NCBI RefSeq assembly: GCF_009914755.1
Contig: NC_060939.1
Strand: one strand, 5' to 3'
Source of the DNA: the human T2T-CHM13v2.0 reference genome, Homo sapiens
DNA: 64,000 nucleotides
Under the pieces are notes generated by a model. It worked only from the letters and a program-made list of their open reading frames with translations, was not told where the DNA came from and did not search any database. This document shows, in pieces, positions 30,339-43,541 of the stretch; positions within the stretch are counted from its first letter, which is position 1; every line of letters starts with the position of its first letter. The position numbers were made by a program, and so were the translations under genes.

Positions 30339-32203
30339 ATTTCTTTAGATATTTGTAAATCATAGTTTATCAGGCCATCTAGCACATATCAGATTTGAGA
30401 AGAAATAATTATTTTACCATTGGTATATATTATATGATTAGTATAATGAACCAATGTTTCATACTTTGTTAAAGAGTGACCACATAGTGACTACAAAGGT
30501 CATATGATAGCTTTATGTTTAAGTTTTAAAGACACTTTGAGGCTGATTTTTATTTACCTAAAACCACCTACTATTATCCTTAGCATGACAGAAGGCTCTT
30601 TTAGTAAACTCTTCCATTCTTTCTGCTCACTGATACTTTTCTAATAATCTTCTAAGCATTTCAAGTTATTGGATGGAACTGCATCATAACCACCTATTAT
30701 CTACTTGGGCTGTCACTGCTGCAACTCAAAGATTTATTGCATCATCGTTAAAAAGCCCAGCTTACTGTGAAATCTCACTGAAGGAGTGAGACAGTATTGT
30801 GACAGGAGACACATGTTGTGATTGGATAATGTTAACTCGTCTGTGATCCCAGCTGAACACACTTGCTACCCTAGAAGAAGCCTGCCTTCAGGTGGAGCTG
30901 GTATAATGAAAGTTAACCTCATTTAGCATTTGGATATGAGCCAATGTATTAAATGATCCACATCCTGATTTCCTAGAGTGGAAGTCATCATTACTGATTC
31001 TACAAAGCAGTAGCTTTATAGTATATTTGGTACATTCAAGTTTACAAAATGTTTTTCCCATTCATCTGATTCATTCAACATTTCACTGACCTCTAGCTCT
31101 GTGCCAGCAGTGCTAAGCACACAGGCCCACTTCATTCTCTTAACAGCCTTGTCAATGTAGGAAGATCAGATATCAAGATATCAGATATCAGGATATCATA
31201 TACAGGATATGATGTACAAGATCAGGGATGATATCTGATCTTCCAACACTGGCAAGGTTGTCAGTGAGAATTCAGGATTGTTATGAGAATTAAGTGAAAT
31301 TGTGTGCTCAACACTGAGCATGTGAGTGTTGTGAGTACACACACCCACACGTACATGTATGCTCAGAGAGATTTAAATGATTCGTCCAGTCTCACAGTCA
31401 GTATGCAGCGGCACCTTCCAGGGCATCACTCTGCTTCCTTTAAGGGAATCTGACCCACAGGAATCTATTTTGATGCCTATAAAAGCCTACTGCATAAAAT
31501 GACTAAATCTTTTAAAATGAAAAAAGGAGTATTGGATATTAAAAATGAGCCACTTTGCATTGTGCCTTTATCTTACTATTTCCAAAATGATAGTCATCTC
31601 TTGGCCAAGATAGCTTAAACCCAAACCTTAAATTAGGAAACACCTAAACTTGATATTTTTAATGCAAAAGGAGAATAAGTTAGTTTGCTTTTTCACTAAA
31701 GGTTTATGTGTTGCGGTAGAAGAAACTTATTTCTCTTTAGTGGTATGAAAAGGACCCATAATTCCAGGCTTCAACACACCTCATTTGTATTTTCTTTGAG
31801 AAAATGTCTCAGTTAAAATCAATGCCCTAGTATTCATTTGAGCTCCCTTGCCTTCAATAAAACTAATTGATAAACCCTAATAATTAATGCCCTGATTAAA
31901 CCAAAATGACTTACATCTGCCCTGATGATTGCCATTTATAATCAATCACTTTAATGACTCATCTTTTCTGTGCTTTGCTTACAGAAGAAAGGCTGTGATG
32001 TTTTTAAGTGAACTGAATGAAAAGCTGTATGCCTTCAATTGCTGTTTGTTTTCCATAACTTGATATTGCATTAAAATAAGCATAAATATAACTACCTCCT
32101 TAAAAGTAATCTTTCTGCCTAATCTGTTGTGCTGTTGTCTATGGCTTCGAGTGAAGCTGAAAACAAACAAGAAAAAAAAATCAAATCATTTCAGTGTTTC
32201 TAG

Positions 32204-32508
<305 letters not shown>

Positions 32509-32536
32509 CCTGGAGCTATTCTTAAGAGCTGTAGGT

Positions 32537-33184
<648 letters not shown>

Positions 33185-33420
33185 TCAGTGGCTATATACT
33201 AGGATTGTTGATACTTTGGATATAAGGTAGAATATTTTATGCAAGAGATAACAAAATTTAAATTAGGGGAGCTGTCCTTAACCCAAGATTTAAAGGGATT
33301 CTATTTGCTTCAAATTCTGCCACATGAATTCAGATTTAACCTAGTTTAATAAAGTCCTAAGATTATTTATATCTACATTACCTTAAAAAAGGATTCAAGG
33401 TGGTTTATGATATAAGGTCA

Positions 33421-33773
<353 letters not shown>

Positions 33774-35771
33774 CAGATACTTCTACTTCTGCCCATGGAG
33801 TCACTGCTGTGGGATTTGCCCTCCACCAAAAATAATTAGGAAACTGGACAAAATAGTGAAACAGTTATCTTCAAACTTTAGACAACAGGCAATGTGAGAC
33901 AGTGATCCCTGAGAGAACAGAAACAAATGAAGTAAGTCCTACTATCACCCAAGCTGTCTGCACAGAAACCCAAACAAAGCTCAAAGGTCTTACTGAGCTG
34001 AAAAGACAGAATTTGGAGTTCAAGGAGACCAAAATGGCTAGAATTCACAGAGCAGAGTCCTAGAAAGGCAGGAACATGCAGAGAAAGAGCTCTAGAAATT
34101 GCATAGGAGTTCCCTTGCGTCTGGCCTAACATCAGCCTCTGCATTTATAGAGTGAAATCCTACAAAGCTAGACAACCAACTACTGTTTAGAAAAGAAAAT
34201 TTCTGGGGAACTATAAGCCAAACAATTCCCAAAACTTATACAAAGTTGGGAATATTTTAATTCCAATAATCCAGTGTAGAGAGGCCTCATTAAACACATT
34301 GGAGAATTCAAGAAAGAGATTAGAAGGATTATGCTTTAGCAGTGGGGCTAAACTAGCCCTGTAGTAGTGGTTACTCTCAACTCTCCTAAAATAAAAGGTC
34401 TAAAATCAGCCTCAAAATGATTCAGCTATCAGTGTTCAGCAGATATATTACTTGCCAGTATCAAGTCCAACACTCTGGATTACAATAAAATCCAGCATTC
34501 AACGACACAAGATTCACAATGTTGACAATCCAAATAAAAAGTTGACAAGCAAAGAATTTTTCTTCTGATTATGGATGAAAGACTATAACCGGGAAAAAAT
34601 CAATCTGTAGAAATAGATGCCCCCCTCCCACACACACACCAGAAATAATGTACTTTGCAGACAGGACTTTAGAATAGTTATTATAAAAACTATATATGTC
34701 CAAGGAATTCATAGGAAACATGAGCATAATGAGAGAAATGGAAGACAAACAAGTTGAACATTTATTTTTCAATTATGAAAAATATCTGAAATAAAAATTT
34801 CATTGATGGAATTAACTGAATTAGACACTACAGAAGAAATTGTGATATTGAGGTTAAAGATCTGGAAATTATCCAAAATTACTCATTTCTACTACTAGAA
34901 AAAATATTTTTTTAAATGAGCACAACCTTAATGATCTTTGAGACACTATCAAGAAGTCTAAGATATATGTGTTAAGTGGAGTCTCAAAAGAAGAGGAAAG
35001 AGAAAAGGAAACAAAAAATAATTTGAAGAAATAATGGCTGAAAACTTTCCAAATTTGGTGAAGCCTGTAAGTCCACAGATCTAAGAACTCAATGAACCCT
35101 AACCAGGATGAACACAGAGCCACACCAAAGCACATCAAAATAAAAATTTTGATAACCAGTGAGTAAAAAGAAAATCTTAAAAATATTCACAGAAAACAGA
35201 GCACATTAAGTAGAGAAACAAAGATAAGATTGACAGCCGACTTCATGTCACAAGCTATGCAAGCCAGAAGATAATGGAAAGACGTCTTTAAAATGTTGAA
35301 AGAAAGAAATTATTCCAGAATTCTGTGCCCAGCAAATACATTTTCCAAAAATAAACAGCTAAATAAAGACTTTTTCAGATGAATATGAGAGAATTCATTG
35401 CCAGTAGACCAGCATTACAAAAAAATGTTAAGCTATTTAGGATGAAGGAAACTGATGATGGATGGTTAGATCTACACAAAGGAATAAATAGTTTCACAAA
35501 TCGTGGATAAATAAAAAGATGTTTTCTCACTTCTAAATGTCTTTAAAATATAATTATTTAAAGGAAAAATAAAGACATTATATTATGGAGCTTATAGTGT
35601 ACATAGAAGAAAGATGTATGAAAATAAAAGATGAGAAGAAGAAAATGGAAATATATTATTGTAAGGTTTGTACATTATAAATGAAATACCCTAATATTAC
35701 TTGAAGGTAGACTGTAAGAAATTAAAGCAGCATATTGTAAATTCTAGAACAGCCATAAATAAATAAAGCTT

Positions 35772-35998
35772 CAAACAGACTGGCAAAATTCAACCCATGG
35801 GCAAAAATTGGGCCTTCGCCTGTTTTTACAAACACAATGGAATTGGAACACAGTCATGGCCGTTCATTTACATGTGGCCTATCATTGCATTTGCACTACA
35901 TCAGCAGAATTTGAGTAGTTACAACAAAAAGCTTATAGCTCTCAAAGCCTGAGATATCCACTTATGACTCTTTACAGGAAAAGTTTGCCAACCTCTGG
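35772..35998 (+). mobile_element. MER58-like hAT-Charlie MITE
   Basis: Termini ..ggcaaa.. and aaaagtttgccaacctctg, with ttggaacacagtcatg and gagtagtt in the body. Confidence 0.8.
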
Positions 35999-36308
35999 CT
36001 TAGAAGCAAATAGTAGAGATTAGTGGAATGCTAAGAACTAGCCCAGCTAACCCAAAAGAAAGCAGGAAAAGAAGAGAAAAAGGAACAAAGGACAGATGGG
36101 GCAAATAGATGGTAGAGTTGAACCCAGCCATATCAATAATTACGTTAAGTGTGAATGGTCTAAACAGTCCAATTAAAAGCACAAATGTCAAACTGTATAA
36201 AAGAACAAGACACAACTGTACAGTGTTTGCAGGACACCTATTTCAATTATAATGACAGATATATCATCCAACAATAATCAGCAGTTTGTTTAAAGAAAAA
36301 TAATTACA

Positions 36309-36588
36309 TGGCCAGGCGCGATGGCTCACACCTGTAATCCCAGCACTTTGGGAGGCCAAGGCAAGCAGATCACGTGAGTTCAGGAGTTCGAGACCAGCCT
36401 GGGCAACATGGCGAAACCCCCGTCTCACTAAAAATACAAAAACTAGCTGGGGGTGGTGGCAGGCGCCTGTAATCCTGGCTACTCAGGAGGCTGAAGAGAA
36501 TCACTTGAACCCAGGAGGCAGAGGTTGCAGTGAGCCAAGATCACATCACTGCACTCCAGCCTGGGCAACAGAGTGAGACTGTGTCTCA

Positions 36589-36617
<29 letters not shown>
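36309..36617 (+). mobile_element. AluS with (TAA)n tail
   Basis: Full Alu. Confidence 0.95.
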
Positions 36618-36619
<2 letters not shown>

Positions 36620-37729
36620 TGTTGTAGGGTTTATAATTTATGAGAAGAAGCAAAACTAATGTATAATGACAAAACCACTCAGTGATTTACCAAAGGCTGG
36701 GGGTCAGGGTAGAACTGACTGTAAAGTTTTTAAACTTTTACACAGCAAACTTTTTGGATGAGTTTAAAAACTTTGAGGTGAGCTTAAAAACTTTAAAGTT
36801 TAAAGGTTTCTAAACCTGGGGGTAGGAGGGAGATGGTGAAAACAGAATGAACAAAGGTTTAATGATTTTTTTTTGAGACAGTGGTTAAAACAGTCCAGGT
36901 GGAATGCAAAGATTGGTTTGAGGATGACTGGATGTCTAGTACTTTAAAGTTTTTAAACTTTAAACACAGCAAACTTTTGAGGTGATGGAAATGTTCTGTA
37001 TCTTGATCATGGTGTGGTTGCATGGATGTAGACATTCATCAGACTCATCAAACTACATTCAAAATGGCTGCAGTAAAATTGATTTTTTTAATGAGATTTA
37101 TTTCAAAAAGTAAAGTGAAATGAGAAGAAATTTCTCTTCAGATATTCTGAACTTTTTAGAAGTTAAATCAGAGGGAAATGCAGTAAGTTATGTTGGTCTT
37201 TTAAATGCTGGCCTGAAAACCAGGCTGTATTGGATTGGTTTCTGGTTCAATAAGTCTGGAGTAGAACACAAAAAGCTGTATTTTTTAAATATGCACAGCC
37301 AAGCTTAGGAGCTATTTATTTGCATAACTTTCATTGTCTTTATTAAAAGAAACATCCCTATTGTTCAGAAAGAAAACCCCACTTAGAATATACATAAACA
37401 ACATTGTTATCCTAAAATCGCATGAACAGTATTTTTGTTCAGAGAATATACCAAACTGCTTCTTGGTCTACATGCTCCTGGAGGCCAGAGACAGGGTCTT
37501 ACTCATGTTTCTCTCCACAGCACCTAGTACCATATCTGGCACATGGTAAGGTGTCAGTAAATATTTGTGAGTGAGTACTTTTAAATGACTATGGATTCTT
37601 CTCAGAATGAAGTGTCATTTTGAAATGTATTCATTCTGAACTGTAGTCCATTAAATGGGAAAAGATGGAGCTCCTTCTCAGGCCAAATTCATGCTCTTCT
37701 GGATCGGCATGTTAGTTCACCTGTTTAGT

Positions 37730-38390
37730 AGAGACACCATTTATTCACCATTTGCTCAACAAATATTGTTTCCTGTATGTACCAGACACCATTCTAGATG
37801 TGGTAGTGAACAAAACAGACCAAGTATGCATTCATGGAGCTTCCCTTGAAGAGGGGAGTACTGAGAATTAACAGATCTATGTGTAGAAATGGAGCGTGTT
37901 GATGGAGGTAAATGTTAAGAAGAACACTGAAGCAGAAGAAAAGGGAAAGGAAGTATCTGAGCTGGGGGGTATTGCTACTGCATACTACGTGGTTAGGAAA
38001 GGCTTCCCCTAAAAAGGTAAGAATCTAAAGCAAAGGAGAAAAATTCAGGCAAAAATCTAAAGCAAAGGAGCAAGCCAGGGACAATTTGTGGAAGCATAGT
38101 AGTATTCCAGGGACACAGAGCCACAGCGCAAGAGCATACCTGGCAGGTAGGCCAGTGAGCTGAAGCAGAGTGGGCATGGAAAAGAGTGGCAAGGTGAGAG
38201 TATGGGGCAGCTCACAAGGGCCTTGGGGACCTCTGGGAGGACTTTCCATTTTTGCACTGAGTTGGAAAGGCTTTGGAGGTTTTAGGCAAAGAAGTGACGT
38301 GGTCTGACTTAGGTTTTAAAGGGATCATTTTAGCTGCTGTGTTGAACACAAACTATAATAGAGCAAGTGTAAAACTAGGGAAACCAGCTT
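37730..38390. mobile_element. L2 remnant
   Basis: L2-like motifs (caacaaatatt..tgtaccagacaccattctag, tctgacttaggttttaaagggatcatt). Confidence 0.7.
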
Positions 38391-39080
38391 AGTAGCATTG
38401 TTGAGGAAGGGGTGCATATAGTCTGGCAAAAATGTTTCCTTGTAAACATCACATTGGTTTTACAGTCCTACTTACTGAGCTTTGGAAATTATTTTCTTTG
38501 AGCTAGTATTTTACCCAAATACAGCTTTAATTGCCACAGTAGCAATAGAAATTATTTTCTAAATATAATGAAATATACAACTTTTTCTAGCTTGGTTGAT
38601 TACCAATTGATAATGATAATACACTTAAAGAATGTTGGACAGTTTAAAAAGCAATTTTACATTCATTATCTCATCTAATCCTCACAGTTCTCTAATATTG
38701 ACAAGGTAACTGTTATCTCCCTACAGAGTTGGAAACTAAAACATCACATGCCAAGGCCAAAGTCATGTGCCAAATTTGTGACAGGATCAAAAAGACTAAA
38801 ACCCAGGTCATAAGTCTCCTAGCCCAGATTCATTGACTTTGTTAAAGGGGGTTGTTAGGTTCAAATTATGTCTCAAGGTTGCTGGTAAAGGGGACATTTA
38901 TATTAGCAAATTTAATGTATCATTTAAAAAGCTATCAACCAGTGAGCAAGATACTGTGCTCGGAAGGGATACATTTAAAGATGTATAAAGTATACTCCTA
39001 CCCTATGAACTTATTTCTTTTGGTGATGATACTGATAACAGCAAAAACATTAAGTAACTCTTAGTATAAAATGTCGTTAA

Positions 39081-39200
39081 AGCTGAGTGCAGTGGCAAAC
39101 ATCTGTAGTCCCTTTGACTCGGGAGGCTGAGGCAGAAGGATCACTTGAGCCCAAAAGTTTGAGGTCAGCCTGGGCAACATAGCAAGACCCTGTCTCTGAA
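39081..39200 (+). mobile_element. Alu monomer (FLAM/FAM-like), followed by a ~34-bp tandem duplication at 39222-39284
   Basis: Single Alu arm, then ttacatacataaatcatatgctttgtccc twice. Confidence 0.85.
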
Positions 39201-39878
39201 ATACATACATGCATACATACATTACATACATAAATCATATGCTTTGTCCCATATGTTACATACATAAATCATATGCTTTGTCCCAAACAAATGGTACAGA
39301 CAGATGCTACAGAAATTCAAAGAAGATAGTGACTTTGATGGCCTGAGATTAAGGATGGGCAGGATTCAGATAGTTGGAAAATATGGAGGAAAGGTTTCTA
39401 AACCTGGGGGTGGGAAGGAGATAATGAAAACAGAATGAACAAAGCCTTAATGATGAGGTTTTTTTTCTTTTGAGACAGTGATTAAAACAGTCTTGTTGGA
39501 ATGCAAAGATTGATTTGAGGATGACTGGATGTCTACTACTTTCACACATAAAGTACTTCTGAAAACCAGATTGAGGGGAGAATATGGAAAAGTCATACAG
39601 TAGGCTTACATATATGTTAAAAAGATGTTGGAAAGCTGGAAAAATGCAGTCAGGTTCTTATTTACACCTTGTCTTTTGGAATATAGTTTAGCAGTTTTGT
39701 TGTTTTATTATTTTGTCTTTCCATTGATCCACTTAAGTCAGATGTATCTGATTGAAACTAAAGATTTGCTGCTTTTAGCATACCTCTTAATTTCCAGGCA
39801 GCACCTTCTTCCAGGAGTTCAAAATATTTGTTCATTAACTGTCTCCATCTGATATGGTAGCTTAAGAATGGTTTAGGG

Positions 39879-40102
39879 CAAACTTGTCCAACCCATGCTC
39901 CACGGGCCACATGAGCCACAGGACGGCTTTGAGTAGTGCAGCCCAGCGCAAATTTGTAAACTTTGTTAAAACATTATGGGATTTTTGTGTGTGTGCCATT
40001 TTTTTTAAATCTCATCAGCTATTGTTAGTGTATTTTATATGTGGTCCAAGACAGTTCTTCTTCCAATGTGGCCCAGGGAAGCCAAAAGATTGTACACCCC
40101 TA
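39879..40102 (-). mobile_element. MER30 hAT MITE
   Basis: Termini caaacttgtccaa and ttgtacacccct, with 8-bp TSD gtttaggg / gtttagga. Confidence 0.88.
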
Positions 40103-40510
40103 GTTTAGGACATCAATATGTAAAAGAACAAATTGTCCAAAAGAAAAATATTTAAAACTGAGGGCCCATGATAAGAACTAGATTTGAAAAATAAGACCAA
40201 ACTATGTAGAATCTAACATTTGTTTCAGTTCAGCAAACATTTAAGTGTCTACTGTGGCTATGATGTGTTGTGCTAACTACTGGGGCACACTTGAAAGCAC
40301 AACCCTGTTCTTAAGGAATTCATGTTCTGGTTGGTGGGGGGCATGTCAGAGAATACTTAACCTCCTCCTTAAGGAGACAAGTGATGTAGTGAAAGTGGTA
40401 TATTTAAGGTTTAATATGATGATGGTATAAGAATTATGTTGAAAAATTAGAGAAAACTAGACGCCAAGAGACCAGGGACTTGCTGGTAAAGGGGACATTT
40501 GTCTTAGCAA

Positions 40511-40806
40511 TTTTTTTTTTTTTTTGAGACAAGTCTCGCTCTGATACCCAGGCTACAGTGCAGTGGCACCATCTCAGCTCACTGCAACCTCTGTTTCCCA
40601 GGTTGAAGCAATTCTCCTCCCTCAGCCTCCCGAGTAGCTGAGATTACAGGTGTCCGCCACCACGCCCGGCTAATTTTTGTATTTTTAGTAGAGATGAGGT
40701 TTTGCCATGTTGGCCAGGCTGGTCTTGAACTCCTGACCCCCAGTGATCTGCCTGCCTCAGCCTCCCAAAGTGTTGGGATTACATGCGTGAGCCACTGCTC
40801 CCGGCC
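40511..40806 (-). mobile_element. AluS
   Basis: Reverse Alu inserted inside a local duplication. Confidence 0.95.
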
Positions 40807-42451
40807 ATGTATTAGTAAATTTAATGTATCATATAAAAAGCCATTAATCAGTGAGCAAGATACTGTGCTTGCAAGGGATACATTTAAAGATGTTTTAAGT
40901 ATGCTCCTACCCTGTTAACTTATTTATTTCTTGGGGCGATGATACCGATAAAAAGAGCTTACACCTGCCTGTGCATACCAACTTGAATTCATAGAGCCTC
41001 CCAATAGAGGTTATAGTGTGTGGTATCTGAAGGGCTTGCTACAGAGACAGGCTCTACAGTTCACCCCTCATCACTGAAACAGAATCATCAACCACAATGT
41101 GTACTTGTGGTTTCCATTCTTTATTCACTCATCCATTCAACAAATGTTTATCGAGCACTTGAAATATATCTGGCACTCTTTCAGGGGCTGGGAGTACAGT
41201 AGTCAAGAAAAGAGACAAAGTCCTTGCCTTCATGGAATTTACATTCAAATGTCAGTTATCAGGCTAACTGAGGCTGATAATATTTAGCAGGCTAAATGAG
41301 CTAATGTATAAGAAAATGCCAAGCACATTGCCTGTCACATAAGTATGATTCAGTAATAGTTACTGTGTGTGAACTTGAAATTTGAATTAAGTATCTACTC
41401 TTGGCAAGATACTTTGTTGTGGTACCCTTTTGCCGGATGGAAGGTCAGGAGAAGATTAACCCATTTACAGTTTTTAAAAAAATGTTACACCAAAAAATTG
41501 AGTCTCCTGTTCAGTGTCAGTGTAGTTGAGATTATATGCTGTTTTAAATATAACCAGTTGTCTCTGCTGGACTACACTTTTGCCATAAAAGACGCATTGA
41601 AGCAGATGCTGCTCTATACCATCAAAAGTGGTATGCTCTTGTCCTCCTTGGGTGGCTTTTTTGGGCTCCCTGAATTCCTGAAAAGGCTCATTGTTGTCAC
41701 TGACGATGCTTCACAGAAATCCTTTGTGTCATTACTTAGCGACTGACTGCTTTGGTGAAATCTATGTCAATTCTTTTGTTAACTATAACAGCAGCCAAAA
41801 ATAATGTAAAGGAAGAGAAGGATAAATGAAACAAAGACTAATAAGCACATGCATGTACACATATATACACATCTTTTAGATAAATTTCTAAGTATTATCT
41901 GAAGTAGCATTTGCCTTGTAAAACATGTGAAATAGCAGTACTACATTAATTTCCTCATCGGTTTCATTCAAATATGACCTGTTACCCGTAGCATATGAAT
42001 GCTTTTTCCTTGTTGCCTCCCTTTGGCATTACTATTACTTAGATAGGAGGACTAGCTTGATAATTACACATATAGAGCAAAACTCATCCTTTTTGTGCAA
42101 ATTCTTTGCAAGAAGATTACATTTTCTTATCTACCTACTTTTCCTGAAAAACTAGGGATAGGATGATGGGTGTATTTACTGTTGTTGTAAGCCAAGGTTT
42201 GATTTCACTGTCACTTAAAATAAACTCTTTCTTCTGTAGAAACCAGAAATCGTTGAACGTGGAGGAGTTAAGACCTTACATTTTACCTTCGGTTAAAAAA
42301 AAATGCTTTTCATTAAATTTGTGATTTGAATTTCGGATTAAGCAGATGATGTCATTTCTGCAACTTGGTGTGGTGTGCATGTGTGCTTTTAAAGAACAAA
42401 CGCTGTAGATACATGGAATTAGTTACATGGCCTTTTCTGGTCCCTTTTTAG

Positions 42452-42525
42452 ACGTGAAGCCCTCCAATATGCTAGTAAACACAAGAGGACAGGTTAAGCT
42501 GTGTGATTTTGGAGTTAGCACTCAG
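42452..42525 (+). CDS. MAP2K5: MAP2K5 coding exon (probably exon 14), 74 nt, (D)VKPSNMLVNTRGQVKLCDFGVSTQ: catalytic loop and DFG
   Basis: Acceptor ccctttttag|, donor cag|gtatgt. Carries the DVKPSN and DFG motifs typical of MAP2Ks. Confidence 0.98.
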
Positions 42526-43490
42526 GTATGTCTCTTTTCCTCCCAGTGTACTGTTTTCTCTGCAACAACCCCTTTATATTTTCATTCTGTTCTCTGGATT
42601 GAAAAATCACCTAGCTGCCAGACAAACAGAAACTCTGCATCTTTTCCTCATCTGGGAGTGTGTTATTCATTTTTAATCTCTGAGCGAGTTTCCTTCATCA
42701 GAATATGATTGTTCATTGTTTAATGACAGTAAAAACTGCTGATATTGTAATTACTACTTACGAATAGCAAACTTCATTGATATGCAGCTTTGATATGAAA
42801 GCGTTTTGGCCAGACAAAAGGGAGGGCAGAGTGGGAGCTGTGCCTGGGGAGCCCAACTGGCCCACAATAAAAATTAATATTGGGAGCAACAATGGTGGAG
42901 GGCCATTACAATGTGCAGCACAAATTTTAATTAATTTCCATTTTGGACCTCCCCTGAGAAACCCAGTGATAGTGACCCATGAGCATGCTGTGATGTTGAT
43001 TTGAATTGCAGCCACCTTTACTCCCAGCCAAACACGAAGACCAAAGCGAAGGTCATCGTTGTATTATGAGTTGTCAAAGTCTGTTATCCCTCCAGCGTAT
43101 TTAGTGTTCATTTCATTCTAGTAATGCATGGGGCTTCATTCACATATTGAGCCATCTGACTAAAAATTGAGTGTGTTCAAATTCTGCTTTAAATTGACTT
43201 TTTATATCAGGCGGGTTTGGGATACTAAAGCGATAAGCATCCTGCTTAAGTGAATTGTTTAAGGTTATCTGCTATAAACTGTAATGCTGTGCTTGTTTAA
43301 ACTGGAAATCACATTCAAAAGAAAAGAGAGATTTAATCATTTTTATTGCCTTTGTAGATAAATTTGTTCCCTTTTACATAATTTTTAGTTGATTTATATG
43401 AATGATGATTGTAGGTTAAATGAGGAATAATTGCCCATTTTATTTCCACATTATCTTTATATTGTTCTAACAGACTGTTTTGTCTCATAG

Positions 43491-43541
43491 CTGGTGAATT
43501 CTATAGCCAAGACGTATGTTGGAACAAATGCTTATATGGCG
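43491..43541 (+). CDS. MAP2K5: MAP2K5 coding exon (probably exon 15), 51 nt, LVNSIAKTYVGTNAYMA: activation loop with S311/T315
   Basis: CTAAC branch point at 43467-43471, acceptor tctcatag|, donor |gtaagt. Contains the MEK5 SxxxT activation motif. Confidence 0.98.

Larger units (their letters stand above)
33775..37090 (+). mobile_element. Old L1M element (5' region, ORF1, start of ORF2, 3' end) interrupted by MER58, an Alu and a templated insertion
   Basis: ORF1-like motifs (tttgaagaaataatggctgaaaactttccaaattt, caagccagaagataatgg), ORF2 start (gtgaatggtctaaacagtccaattaaaag) and 3'UTR (ggtgatggaaatgttctgtatcttgat). Confidence 0.8.

Noticed and set aside
38023-38070. aatctaaagcaaaggag twice, with similar micro-duplications at ~20211-20250 and ~45268-45302
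   Set aside because: Ordinary short slippage-type tandem duplications.
42427-42708. 93-aa kinase-like ORF (and 14602-14838) as standalone genes
   Set aside because: They are MAP2K5 exons read through into flanking intron. Kinase similarity stops at the splice sites.
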